64,000 nt of DNA from Octopus vulgaris. Lineage: Eukaryota. The translations under genes were made by a program, and so were the position numbers. The notes below the pieces were generated by a model. It ran no database searches. It saw only the letters and a list, made by a program, of their open reading frames with translations, and was not told where the DNA came from. This document shows positions 39,145 through 52,296 of the stretch, in pieces (the first letter of the stretch is position 1; the number at the start of each line of letters is the position of its first letter). The DNA lies in assembly GCA_951406725.2 (NCBI GenBank), contig OX597815.1, positions 128,154,001 through 128,218,000 on the forward strand, in the 5' to 3' direction.

Positions 39145-39485
39145 GTACAGGATGTTAGTGTCCATTAAGAATAAAGCATAAATGAACTGAGAGAAAAACT
39201 GAGTTGAAGAGGAATCAGATGTAGTGTGCAGGAGAGCAGACTGAATTGGTATAGAGATGTGATGTATGTGGAGAATGACAGCTGGGTAAAAACAAAATGC
39301 CAAATGATCCAAAGAGAATGAAACAGCAGAAGATGAAGGCCAAGAAAGATATGTGAAGAAGTGGCAAAGGCTGCTTTCAGGAGGCTGAACCTGACAAAGG
39401 ATGACAAGTGGCAAGATGCTGTGCTGGAGAAAATTTGATCAAACCATACAAGCATGGAAAAATGAAAATGAAACGAGGATGAAGA
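39145..39485 (+). mobile_element. RTE-clade LINE 3' end, decayed
   Basis: Similar to the reverse complement of 46600-46860 (gagaaaaactgag..gaggaatcagatgtagtgtgcaggagag..ggccaagaaagat). Ends in the catgcaagcatggaaaa tail shared with the V-like SINEs. Confidence 0.65.
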
Positions 39486-41027
39486 TTATATCTATATACA
39501 TGTTTTTTGTAAGCATATAACATGAAATGCTTAACAAATTTACTGTTAACTGTGTTTATTTATGAGTTGGTAGATCTGTGATCAAATATTTTTGGTGAAA
39601 GACTTCATAGGAAGAATACAGACCAATACAAAAATAGTATTACATTGTGAGGATTAAACCGATTTTTGAAAATAAAGTTACAGAATGCTTATTCAAATTA
39701 TTCAACAAAAACATTTCAATCATTTTTAGCTATTTATTAAAGTTAAGGAATATTCTTATTAGGACCAAATTTACACTTATTCTTGCAATTGTCCATATCA
39801 ACTGGAATGTTTTAGGTTCATATTTTATCAATGGAAATATGCTATTTCTAGGTCAAAAAATTCTTTTAATGGCTCAATTCAACAAACTGCAAAATAAGTA
39901 CAATGTAGAAAAGCAATGTCTAAATTACCATTGTAAAGAATAGAAAGAATGCTGTGCTACATAAAATTTTGCCAATTTGTAGAGGTAGGTTCAAATCACT
40001 CCCAACCCACAGGCAAAGCATGGAAAAAAATTTGTCAGAGCAGATAATAGATTTCCTACACCTTAATGAGAGTGAACAACTACAGAAGACACTCTTCAAT
40101 AATGGAGGTGAATGAAATAAGAAAACAATAAATAATTTTAATAATATGGAAGAGATTTCTGAAAATTTTATGAATAAAGATAGAACACAGAAAAATAGAC
40201 TAATGGAAATTCAAATATTGTTTATATGAATATTTGATCATTATGTAAATAGTTTGGTGGCACTAAAACTTTTTACATAATAATGGAATATGGGAAAGAG
40301 AAAGCCTGCTTAACTACAAATTTATTACTGACTTCCATAGTTCAGAGGTCTCTTGTGTGGGTGGGTGGGGGGTTTAAAAAGGGTGAATTTACTGTGCATG
40401 GGCTTCCATTTATTTGTCATTCAAAATAAAGAAAATAAAGCATTGATGCACATAGAATGGTAATTTTCTTTTTGTTTCTATGCAATACATTTATGCCTAG
40501 AATTGAAATTAATATATGAGTTTTTACAAGCAACACTATATATATATGCATATATAACTAGAATGAGAGAGAGAAAAGTATTGAGACAGTCTTCTTTCAA
40601 GTATTTCTTGCAATTAGAACAATTCCTTTTAATAATTGAAACCAGCTATCTTACTACCTCAAGATTACCAGTTAAAATTGGTGTTCTTTCATATAATGAC
40701 CAGCTTAAGAAAACCCACCAAAAATAATTTATACAACATGATTAATAACCAACTATCTTAAATACTGATAGGAAACTTTTGGTCGATATCAACCTTGAAG
40801 AAGATATACAAGTAAGCTGAATTACAGGAAGTCTTTAGGTTTGACTGTTTTTTTAGAAATTATTTTTCACTGAGAAATTCCACTCACAACAAATGTTATG
40901 TTAATTTTAAATATTCATCTTAGTAAGCATTTGGTTCATTAATAAAATATCTGATTAGCTAACCACCAATAATTGCTGGTATGATCACATAAGCGGTACC
41001 AATGCAACAAATTTAGACTTACAAAGG

Positions 41028-41045
41028 TATGTATGTATGTATGCA

Positions 41046-41085
<40 letters not shown>

Positions 41086-41288
41086 GGATGTATGTATGTA
41101 TATATAGGATGTGTGTATGTGTATATATATATCTATATCTATCTATATATGTGTGTGTATATATATATATAGGATGTGTGTGTGTGTATATATATATATA
41201 TAAGATGTATGTATGTATGTGTGTGTATATATATATAGGATGTATGTATTTATGTATGTATGTATGTATGTATGTATGTATGTATGCA
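41028..41288. repeat. Compound (TG)/(TA)/(TATG) microsatellite with ggatg-punctuated units
   Basis: Read directly from the sequence. Confidence 0.95.
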
Positions 41289-41480
41289 ATGAATATAGTA
41301 TTAAAATATGACCCATTGTCTCAAAAGAAGAACTATGTGCATTCATAGGATTAACAATATTCTTTATGTATTTTTTTCCACGATTAAAGGCAATAATTAC
41401 AGTTGGCACTGTTAGAGACATGGTGTAAAATATACAAAAAAGAGATTTTAAAAAACAAATGGACTTCACAACTGACAAAA

Positions 41481-41516
<36 letters not shown>

Positions 41517-42248
41517 GCCAGTATTAGTAATTACAGCCACAACACGGAAGCATTACAAACTACATTGAACTGTCACAATTTATAACAGTAGAACCACAAT
41601 TATAATACTACAAATACAATTACTAATGTACAATTGCTACTGCTTCTACAACTACTACTACTATGATAACTACAACTGCTAAAACTACTACTACTGCTGT
41701 AAAAACATGGACATACAGACAAGGATTTTACAACAAATAACACAAACATTGACAGCAAACAAGTTAACTTTACACAACATTAAAACAAAAAGAAAAAGAA
41801 AAAAGAACAACAAAAAAGAATTTACCATTTCCATCTAATATGTACTATTTTAATGCTTACAGATCTGCCACCCTTCCTCATCTGTCAACCCACAGATATA
41901 CAGAATTACCTATCAACCAGCTTGTTACATCAGCTCTACTCTTCAGTAATACTCACCTTATTTATACTGAATCAAGAGGTGAAGGAAATGTCTGGACTCA
42001 GGGGTATAGAAACACTAGATGAAATAAACTTTCATTTAACAAATAATCTTTAACAATAGTTTCCCATATAGAATAATTGAAGGGCATCAGTTTTCCCACA
42101 TGAACACAGAAACAAATACCACATATTTTTCACCATTATGTCTTGTCCTGTCAATAGGCTTACATTTTAGGTTGTTGATTGTTTAGAAGACACAGCTGAA
42201 TTATATCTAGTAAAATCATGATGTAAATGTATTAGTCAAGCTTTAAGG

Positions 42249-43185
42249 CAGGGGTCTCCAAACTTTTCAACATAAGGGCCATATTGTATATTTTGCAAAA
42301 TTAAGCCAACCAAAGCAAAAAAAGCCTATTTATAAACGTAAAAGGTTCATAATACATCAATTCCTGTTAAAATGCGTTTTGTGTATATTTATTGCTTTCA
42401 TGCAACCTTTTTGAAATCAAATGAAATTATCCATAAATCCATATTAATTTTCTGTAATTAAAAATATTCCCATGAAAATTTGTTTTCATCCTTTCCCTAA
42501 AAACGCTATTTTCAATAGACTTCCCAAAAATTTTTTTTAATGGGAATTTATAGAAAGTAGTAAGAAAATTTTTTAATTTGAAAATGTCATTAACTTGAAA
42601 GTTAAGTTTCTTAAAATCATTGATAAAATTGACTTTAAATGAGCAGATAAATTTGCTCTATAGAAGGATTTGAGATCTTTCATTTAAGTAAACTTTATTC
42701 ATAAAGTAGTAACAAAGATTGATACAAAACCACAGGAAAAGTTCTTTAAATCAAGAAACCTTTCATTTAAAGTTTCTTAAATTTCCTTCTTTATATTTGT
42801 CTTTCAACATGCTTAATTGAAAGTCTGTCATTTCTATTCATACCAGGTTCTAATCTGATTTGGCATAGAAACCATGCCAAATCAGATTGGAACCTGGGGC
42901 AGCTTTCCAGTTTACCAGTTTCAATCAAACCTTCTGACCCATGCCAGCATGGAAAGCAGATGCTAAATGATGATGAATATGATAAACTTCTTCAAATAAC
43001 TTGATTTGAAGAAAAACTTGATTTCTACCACTTTGGCAGAATCTACTTCTATAAATTCTTCCATAAGGCATATTAATGAAATTATAAATTTTATTTGGGC
43101 TTGACGAATGTGAACAGATTATGGATCAAATTGTGTTCTCCTTACAATTTCAGATTAAATTGACCTAAATGGCTTTGTCAAATGA

Positions 43186-43216
<31 letters not shown>

Positions 43217-43485
43217 GCCAATTTCCATATCCAATCATGGTTTGACAAAAAAGTGGTCCTGGTCAATTCTTCTGTGAGAAAAGATTTCAATTTCATTTCT
43301 AAGGCAATTTTTTTTTTTTCATAGAACCTTTCTACTACTAAATCCTAAAAATGTTTAACTCATACATAAATGCATGTATGACTAAATGTATGTATTATAT
43401 CTGTGGGACTGCAAGTTGCCAAGAGCCCATAGAAAGTGTGTTGCAGGTTGAATGTGACCCGCAGGCTGAATGTTGGAGACCCCTG
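42249..43485 (-). mobile_element. Degenerate hAT (Charlie/Buster-type) DNA transposon
   Basis: TIRs CAGGGGTCTCCAAAC / GTTGGAGACCCCTG with a partial 8-bp TSD (ctttaagg / ctttacaa). The minus strand at about 42630-42770 retains a hAT dimerisation-like remnant (RFLDLKNFSCGFVSIF..MKDLKSFYRANLS). A SINE fragment is nested at about 42843-42975. Confidence 0.8.
42843..42897. repeat. 24-bp inverted repeat with 7-nt loop
   Basis: ccaggttcTaatctgatttggcat-agaaacc-atgccaaatcagattGgaacctgg; one mismatch. Confidence 0.95.
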
Positions 43486-43982
43486 CTTTACAAGCATGGA
43501 AAATGATTTACAGCTAGCCAAAACAATGTTTGCTTCCTAATTTATAAATGATAGGCAAAAACAATCATTCAACTAAATTACTGAAGAAGATACCACAACT
43601 CATTAACAAATTCTGCAGTAGATCTCCGAGATCTCTCTTAAATGCTTTACACCAAGATAACTTGGATTAATCCTGCCACATAGGATATCTTACTGTACTA
43701 AGTGTACTCAAGGATATTCTACCCAATAACTCAGCCCCAACACTGTTCAATCAATACTCCAAACATTGCTCAAGATCAACAGATTTAAAAAGCTAAATTA
43801 GTTAATGTTATTAGCTAATGAAAGACATCTTTCAACACAGAGTGTTTAAAATTCTCTACCAAAAATAGAACATAACAAAAGCAAACAAGTGCAAAAAATA
43901 ACAAGAAGAAATTAACTCAATTTCAATGAATAAATCAATTATTGCTTTTTATTATTATTATTTTAGAGAATTTTTTAACTTT

Positions 43983-44053
43983 TTCAAAGCTAAATGCAAA
44001 ATCTTTTCTAAACCAATTCAAAGCTAAATGCAAAATCTTTTCTAAACCAATTC
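43983..44053. repeat. Tandem duplication, unit 34 bp
   Basis: ttcaaagctaaatgcaaaatcttttctaaaccaa repeated twice. Confidence 0.9.
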
Positions 44054-46549
44054 TAAATAAATTTTATCTTTATTTATTTATTTATTTTTTGCCGGTTTCA
44101 GCTTTTAGCTATGGTGATACACAACTCAATTTGTTTTATTTAATTATTATTGTAAAATGTTATCATCAACCTTTATTTCAAATCATTTAGAATAAGATAA
44201 TCAGTGGGTCTTCTCAACATAATAATATTTCTATCATTTACTAAAAAGTAAGTTCTGCAGGGTGGTACATAAATCACTCCTGTTGGCATGCAATACTCAA
44301 AAACTGATGAGTGGTCATAGATTTCCAATGCTACATTCACTTGCAGCCACAAGAAAAATTATTTACAATCAGATTGGTGTCCAAGCTAAAGTATTTATTT
44401 TTAGCTACAACTATCCCTTCGTATTATGTCTGGAGAGAGTCTTTCTCTTTTAGTGCCTTTGTATTTTGGGGATATTTTCCTGAAATTTAGTTTACAAATG
44501 AAAACCACATTCTAAAGACACTAGATTTGTTGACAACTTTGCTATGTTAAACAAGTAGCTTACTTAAAGAACTTTTCATTGACTTTAGTCTTCTGTGTAT
44601 AGCACATCCTATTCTCTGTAATAAACAATTTGGTTCTAACACCTATAACTTTTCTTGTTCTTCCTAAAGCCAAAGAAATATGCTTCACCCAATAGAAATT
44701 AGTGAAACATTGTCCAACAAGGAATCACAATGTCCTCAACAAAAATGTAGCTCATTTCACATTGTTTCTTAAACTTACTGAATACTGAAAAATAGATCTT
44801 TAATGAACCCTCAAACTAATTATCATTAATACACAACTTATTATTTAAACCAAAATTAAAAATAAAAGTCCCAAATAACTTTTTATAATTACAATATACG
44901 AAAGTGGGTGCTGAGAGGCTAAACTATAAATGGAAAACATTTAAGGATTATATGCGTGTAATACTAGAGCGTTACATTAATTTCTAAAATAGTCACTATT
45001 AGAATTTAAATGTATGTATAAAATACAACAACAATAATGAAATATCAAGAAAGAGATTTTTTTTTATTCATGTTTATTGCCAAAATAATTACTTACAAAT
45101 GTTAAAAAAGGAACAAAATTGATAAAAATGATCTATTCAGTGACAATGAATTTACACAAGTATCTCAGAGATTTCTTTCTTTTCCTTTAATATTATTTGT
45201 AATGATAAAAATGCTCTTAGAAATCAAGACAAAACACACAACTTTTCACAACAAACAAATCAAATAACATTCAACACAAAAAAGAAAAAAGAAAGAAAAA
45301 GAAATATTTACATAGTAAACTAACATCGAGAACAGAATCTAAACATTGGAATGTAATTGTAACCAGTGACTTTTGTTTCCGCTAAATTTGGTATGTATTG
45401 AGAAGATTTGCATCACTAACAGATAAATATCTGATAGCCAGACTCAAAATGAAGGGATTCTAGATATATTCACTAGAAAATAGTTTGATAGAATAATTCA
45501 GGCTATAAAACACAAAGCTATCCAGACTTAATACCATTTAAAACAAAAATAAATTAGAAATTTGAAGTTTAAATATTTGCATGTTACAGAAAGAAAAAGG
45601 ACAGAAGAAACATTCAGTTTCAAATGAAAATTATATTTATATTACAGGTCACACTTATTAGACATTATAACATAAATCTAATGCGTTCTTGAAACAAATG
45701 AATTCAGATTTACTTAGCATGATTTTAACTAGTGACAAATCTTCAGATACAATACCCAAAATACCATTCTTTTGCACAACATTAATTTCTTAGACACACA
45801 TAATAAAATCATTACAAGAGAGAAAAGAAATGAGACTGTGGTGATCAACAGCATTATTAGCACAAGCTACAACCAGGATCAAAATTATTGTGTGGACTAG
45901 GCTTGGTGGGAACTTCTATTTTACAGAGGGAATAATACTGATTTCAATTTGGATCTCTTGATCTAAGTTATATTGGGTTCAAAATTATACCAAATTAACC
46001 CACAAGATTATAGAGGGTTTGTGGTTAAGATGCTGTGTGGTTAAGAAGCTCACTTTATGCAGTTTGGGGTTCAATTCCACAGCACAACACCATAGGCAAG
46101 TGTCTTCTATTATGGCTCAGGATTAAGCAATGTATTCTGAGTAAAATAATTCGGAAGACAGAAATTATGCAGAAGCTTGCCGTGTGTTTGTGTGTGTGTG
46201 TGTGTGTACCTTTTGTTCATAGACATCAGTGAAAGATATAAACATCAGCAAGGAAACTCATAAAAACCAGTACCTTCAAACAAAAATATTCATTTTGCTA
46301 CTCCCATCATCACTTAACGTCAGTTTTCCATGCTGGAGAGCTGCATCAGGTCCCAGTCTGATTTGGTATGGTTTCTACAGCTGGATGCCCTCCTAATGCC
46401 AACCACTTTACAGAGTGTACTGGGTGCTTTTACGTGACACTGCATCAGCACTTTTATGTGGCACCTGCACAAATGCTTTTTACATGGCACTGGCACAGGA
46501 CTCTTGCTGGGCAATCATCTTCCCCAGAGAGAATGGCCTCAATACTTCT

Positions 46550-47150
46550 GCTGTGGAGTACAGGTTTTATTGAATGCAGCAAGGTACCAGGTATCTCAGT
46601 CCTTTGTTATCTCATCTGAAAATTTCTGCATCTCAAAGTTGTCATTCAGTACTTTATCCCATGTCTTCCTGGGTCTCCCTCTTCCACGTATTCCATTTAC
46701 TTTGAGAGACTGGCACTTCTTTATAGAGCTGTCAGTATCTATCTGTATCACATGACCAAACCAGCACAGTCTTCTCTTTTGCACACTGCATCTAATTCCT
46801 CTTATGCCTAACTTCTCTCTCAATATACTAACACTTTGTAACACATGTACACTTATATTACACATTCAGTGGAGCATACTAGCCTCATTCCTCTCCAGCC
46901 TTCATATGTCCTCTGCATTCTGGGCCCATGTCTCACTACCATGTAGAATTGCTGTCCATATACATGCATCATACAATCTTCCTTTCACTCAGAGAGAGAA
47001 ACTTTTCATAGCCAACAGAAATAACAGCTCTCTGAATTTCCTTCATCCTATTCTCATTCTAGCTATTACACTCTCCGTACATCCTTTCCCACAACTAATT
47101 TGATTCCTTAAATAGCAGAAATTATCTACTACCTCCAATGAGCCACCAGG
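46550..47150 (-). mobile_element. RTE-clade LINE 3' fragment
   Basis: LREKLGIRGIRCSVQKRRLCWFGHV..GIRGRGRPRKTW, a typical RTE ORF end. Confidence 0.85.
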
Positions 47151-48279
47151 ACAATTTATATTGCATTTTGCAGGAAATTGATTATCTCAAAATGTGATAC
47201 AAATAAATTTTAATATAAATAAATAACAGATTTCATTTCAGAATGGTGGTATCAAAAATGACAACTTCACTGGTAAAATTGGTTGTTATCAATGAAGAAA
47301 ATGTATGTAAGTGCCTCGCATTCTTAAATTACTAAGATTACATAAATACAGATTATCCCTTGGTTTAAAGAAAAAAGAAAAATCACAATTAAGCACTGGC
47401 CCCAACAGCCTCCCTGAGTTTAAGAGACAATAACATTTTGTAATCAATACAACTGCTATATGTAGTGAATATTTACATGGCATACTTGATAATGAACTAA
47501 AAGAAACCCAAACTATGTGACAATATATAACAATGTGCCTAAAATTATTGGTAGCAATCCAGATATGGAGAAAACCTGTGTATAGTCAGAAAATAATCTA
47601 TTTATCCAATAAATTGAAACCTGAGAGTTGTACAGAAGGGGAAATGATTTTCATATGCAGGGCTTCCTTGTGATAAAGTGAAGCTGTTACTTCTGACAAT
47701 CAAAACAATGGTACCATCTTGATGTTACACTATGGTGGCCCATCTGCACAATAGAGAAATCTTAAATAGAAACAGATGTTTTAGCAGGATAAACTGGCAG
47801 GATAGTTCAAATCAAACTTTATATTATAGTGTTTGCACTTAAGCAATGCTATTCCCCTCCACCTTCTACATAAAAGGGACCAATATTTAAATATTTCTAT
47901 ACAAAAGGAATTCAATCAGACATCACAAAAGTAAAAACAAAACACTAGTATTTTTACTGGTCATTTGACTATGAACATGCAGAGCCACTTCCTTCAAGAA
48001 TTTAGTCAAGCATTTCAACTCTAGAATTTATTTTAGCCTGACAATATTTTACTGATCCTTGTTAGTTGAACCATAGAACACAAAGGGACGGGGACACACA
48101 CATACACACACAGATAGACATACAGTTTCTGTCAAGCATATTCTTCTAACATTAGTAATGAAGACATTACCCAAAGTGGTGTGCAATGGGATCAAACTTG
48201 GAATCACAAGGCTACAAAGTAAACATCTTAACCACACAGTAATGAACAGAGGGATATAAAAACATTCAGAGTGAGGGAC

Positions 48280-48391
<112 letters not shown>

Positions 48392-49227
48392 ACCAATTCA
48401 AGTCAATAGAAGTCACAAAATAAGACTAGGTATCAAACTGTTAAAATGAGTTAGATTTATTTTCTTGCATGAATTTCCATAAAAAAATATTCAAAAGAAC
48501 TGTGTTCATCTCCTGTTTGTCAAACTTGAACCTTTTAACATGCATAAAATTAATGAGGTTAAATATGTTGATGTATAATAAATAAAAGTGAAATTATGAA
48601 GCTAAGGGAAAAGTGATATAGTAAAGGCTAATCCTGTCACCAAATGTGCTGCCAACAAGACCAGGCATGGCTGGTTTCATATAAATGGCACTTTCTTTAT
48701 GGTGGCTGGATTTGGCTGGTTGGAATGTTGAAAAGTCAAACAAGAAATAACAACATCTCTCTCTAAGAGGATATGTTCTTTTTAATCTAAGGCCAACAAA
48801 ATTAAATTATCCAGGAACAACAAAAGACTATGAATTCACATAAGAAATCAAAATGCCTAGTATATATTTTGGCATTTAACATTTCAGAAAATATTTGGCT
48901 GATATTATAAATTTAAAAAACATCAACAGCAATAACTAAAGACAAGGACTATAATACAAATGATTAAAATACAAATGAAAATAAATAAAATTTAAAAAAG
49001 ACAAAGATGACTTAAAATTTGGAATGTATTATTAGAAGCAATCACATCAAAAACCGATAGATGCATCTACACTATTGATATATTTAAAAAAAAAATTGGG
49101 AATAGATTCAAAATAAAAATTTAAAAACACTCATAAAAATAATACTGAAAAGCACATCAAAATACTGTACATTTTAACCATAACAATGGAATGGAAATTT
49201 TTGGATATATTCTCTTGTCACTTTTCC

Positions 49228-49229
<2 letters not shown>

Positions 49230-49288
<59 letters not shown>

Positions 49289-49345
49289 TACACACACACA
49301 TATATACACATATATACATATATACACACACATATATATACATAT

Positions 49346-49376
<31 letters not shown>

Positions 49377-49668
49377 CACATATATACACATATATACATA
49401 CATACACATATACATACATATATACACATATACATATATATATATATATACACATATACATATATATATATATATACACATATACATATATACACATATA
49501 CATATATATACATACATACATATATACACATACATACACATATATACACATATACATACATATATACACATATACATACACACATATATATATATACACA
49601 CACGCATATATATACACACACACATATATATACACACAGACACACACACATATATATATATATATATA
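49230..49668. repeat. Compound (TA)n/(CA)n microsatellite
   Basis: About 440 bp of alternating purine-pyrimidine sequence; source of several spurious long ORFs. Confidence 0.97.
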
Positions 49669-49874
49669 GGCGGTGAGCTGGCAGAATCGTTAGCCGTATT
49701 TCGTCTGCCACTACGTTCTGAGTTCAAATTCCGCCGAGGTCGACTTTGCCTTTCATCCTTTCGGGGTCGATTAAATAAGTACCAGTTATGCACTGGGATC
49801 GATATAATCGACTTAATTCGTGTCTGTCCTTGTTTGTCCCCTCTATGTTTAGCCCCTTGTGGGTAATAAAGAAA
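49669..49874 (+). mobile_element. tRNA-derived SINE family B with Meta/MESC-like domain
   Basis: GGCGGTGAGCTGGCAGAATCG..GAGTTCAAATTCC (B box), then gtcgactttgcctttcatcctttcggggtcgattaaataagtacc, resembling the MetaSINE core. Young copy with a small internal deletion. Confidence 0.8.
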
Positions 49875-50883
49875 CATATATATATATATATATATATAGC
49901 ACTAACCCAAATTATATAAAACCACAAACACACTAATTATGGACTGTCTTCCTTTAGTGGAAACAAAGAATTTATCAGCCAAGCCAATGAACAACTAACA
50001 CATGAACAAGAGAATAGATCAAAAAAAATAAATAAATAAATAAATAAAAGATTTCACACTACAATTTTACCTTGAACAACAAGTTTACAAAACAAATTGA
50101 GACAAAACTAAAGAAAAGAAAATTTTCAAAGCTTATATATAAAACAATACTAATTTGCTTTTTAAGTTAATTTCTAAATATAATGAATAAACCAGTTTTC
50201 AGCTTGATCTGACAGTCTGCATGAAATGCTTTCTCATGTGTTTTTTTTTTTGATATTAAAAAGAAAATCTTTTTTATATAAAAAAAATAGTAATAGATAG
50301 ACTAATCAGAGTTGATGTAATAAATATTAATATCACAGAAAACTGTTAACTGAAAGGATTGCAAAAAATGAATAGATAAATGATTATACAAAGTGACTTT
50401 CTACATAATTTATAATGTTTTAAAGTAATTGGATCACTGTTAGTTCCAACAATGAGTATTCCAGATGTCTGATCAACTGAACTGCCAACTCACTAAATTA
50501 GCATGTAAGTGACTGAGTGTTCCACAGACATGTATATACTTAATGTAACATTCAAACTGAATCAGTGTTACATAGCATATGACAAGGCTGGTGTTTCAAA
50601 TTACAGGTACAGTCTATCCAATGGGTTTCAATGCAATTTCCATTGACCCAATTTCACTCATAAGGCATAGGTCAACTTCAAGTAAAAGACCCTTACCCAG
50701 AGTGCAGCACAGAGGAGATTGAACCTGGGATATCATGATTGCAAAGCAAACTTCTGAACCAACCCAGCTGCAGTGACACCCACTAGTTTAAAGTAAAATG
50801 ATCATGTCACTATATCATAAAGTTACATCATTACTATTATAGGAATGAGTGAACCAGAGTACCATCATTACCCTCTATCTTAA

Positions 50884-51100
50884 CTCTTTAGCATTTAAAC
50901 TGATCACATTCGGCCCAAATATTCTGTCTTACGTTCAAACTGGCCAGATCCTGCCTCTTACACCTAGACTACACTTGTCATTCTAAAAATAAACAAGCAC
51001 ATCATTGAAATCTTGAAGTTATGAGATAATGATTGATTAAGGCAAAACAATGTTAATAAATAAGCATTATATTTGCCAGAAAAATTTGAATATTAAAGGG
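50884..51100. mobile_element. piggyBac-like MITE
   Basis: TTAA on both sides (50880-50883, 51101-51104). Imperfect TIRs ctctttagcatttaaa / tttgaatattaaaggg. Confidence 0.7.
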
Positions 51101-52047
51101 TTAATGCTTAAAATTCTAAATTCTTACAAATGAATTTCATCTGCCAATAACTATTATTAGCTATGAAAACAAAACTTATCTAAAACAATAAACCAACAAC
51201 CAATCAAAGTTCTCTCTTAAGTATAAACTAATTTTGTTAACAAATACAGTTGATTTTATTTGACTTAACGTATTCTAATACAATTTTTCTTTCTTTAAAG
51301 AAAATGTTTCAAAGAATCACAAAAGAAGGAAAATTGGAAAAATGTCTGTATTAAATCTAAACATATCTATTAAAGTAAAGAATCAAATTATTTTAAATAT
51401 AACTATAGAGATCAAACTGATATGATGTGTAATTTATTATATATTGTACATCACACTTAGAATACTGCAATTGTTACACCTGCCAGAAGATTTATAAATA
51501 CATAGAATACAACAATTTACTTCTGAGAGCAATCAAATTTTAAGTGTTTAAGACCCATATAAACAAAAGAAAAAAGGGTTTACTAAATATAACTTAGCAA
51601 TGAATTCCAGAGCAAACAAGTATATTTTTCATGACTCTTGCTGAATAAAGCTAAAATATTTGTTTTTTATTAAATATTATCCATAGTACACTGAGCTTAA
51701 TGAACAACTCTATTATGTTGTTAATATTTTAAGAAACCACTGGAAAAAAAACTTATGATATAAACAGTAATAGTTTTCATTTCAGCTATTAGATCTTTGG
51801 TTACAAAATATCATTTTCTTATTGACAGCAACATTAAACTACAGACTTGCTGCAACTCATAATACTGTTAATGAGAGAACAAAAAACAAAAAACAAATCA
51901 AAAATAAGATTTTCTTTTCTTTTTTTTCCAGTTTGATATTGCCCTTATAATTGTTTGAGATTATCCTGTGCCTTTTAACAAACAGGAGCTAATTTTTACA
52001 ATTCTGTTCTCTCACAATAATTTACTTGATTAAAAGTATGTCTGCAA

Positions 52048-52296
52048 TCAAAATCGGCCAGGAAAGCCAAGAGCTGTTCGAAATCTGCTGGGATAGGGAA
52101 CTCCTCGAGTAAGTGGAAGGGAACTGAGAAATGACATCATGTTCTTCGGGGTAGGTAACAGTGCCCGTGACAGAGGGCCAGCTCCTACAATTGAGCGCTG
52201 AGTGCTAGCCGCAGCAGCAGCCAACATTTGGGCGGAGGATGCCCAGTGCCGCTGATGGGATCGCTTCAGCTGCAGCAGAGGACCGAGCAGTTTGCC
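52048..52296 (-). CDS. Candidate alternative terminal exon (82 aa), probably of TFG
   Basis: Long polypyrimidine tract ending tttttattgacactttcag|GGC. The phase-0 frame is open for 82 codons: GKLLGPLLQLKRSHQRHWASSAQMLAAAAASTQRSIVGAGPLSRALLPTPKNMMSFLSSLPLTRGVPYPSRFRTALGFPGRF-stop. It is a GC- and CpG-rich island in very AT-rich flanks and is not a repeat seen elsewhere in the window. Confidence 0.55.
   Translation of the reverse strand, partial: GKLLGPLLQLKRSHQRHWASSAQMLAAAAASTQRSIVGAGPLSRALLPTPKNMMSFLSSLPLTRGVPYPSRFRTALGFPGRF

Noticed and set aside
49157-49933. Several 150-226 aa ORFs rich in Y/I/C/V/H/T
   Set aside because: These are translations of the compound TA/CA microsatellite.
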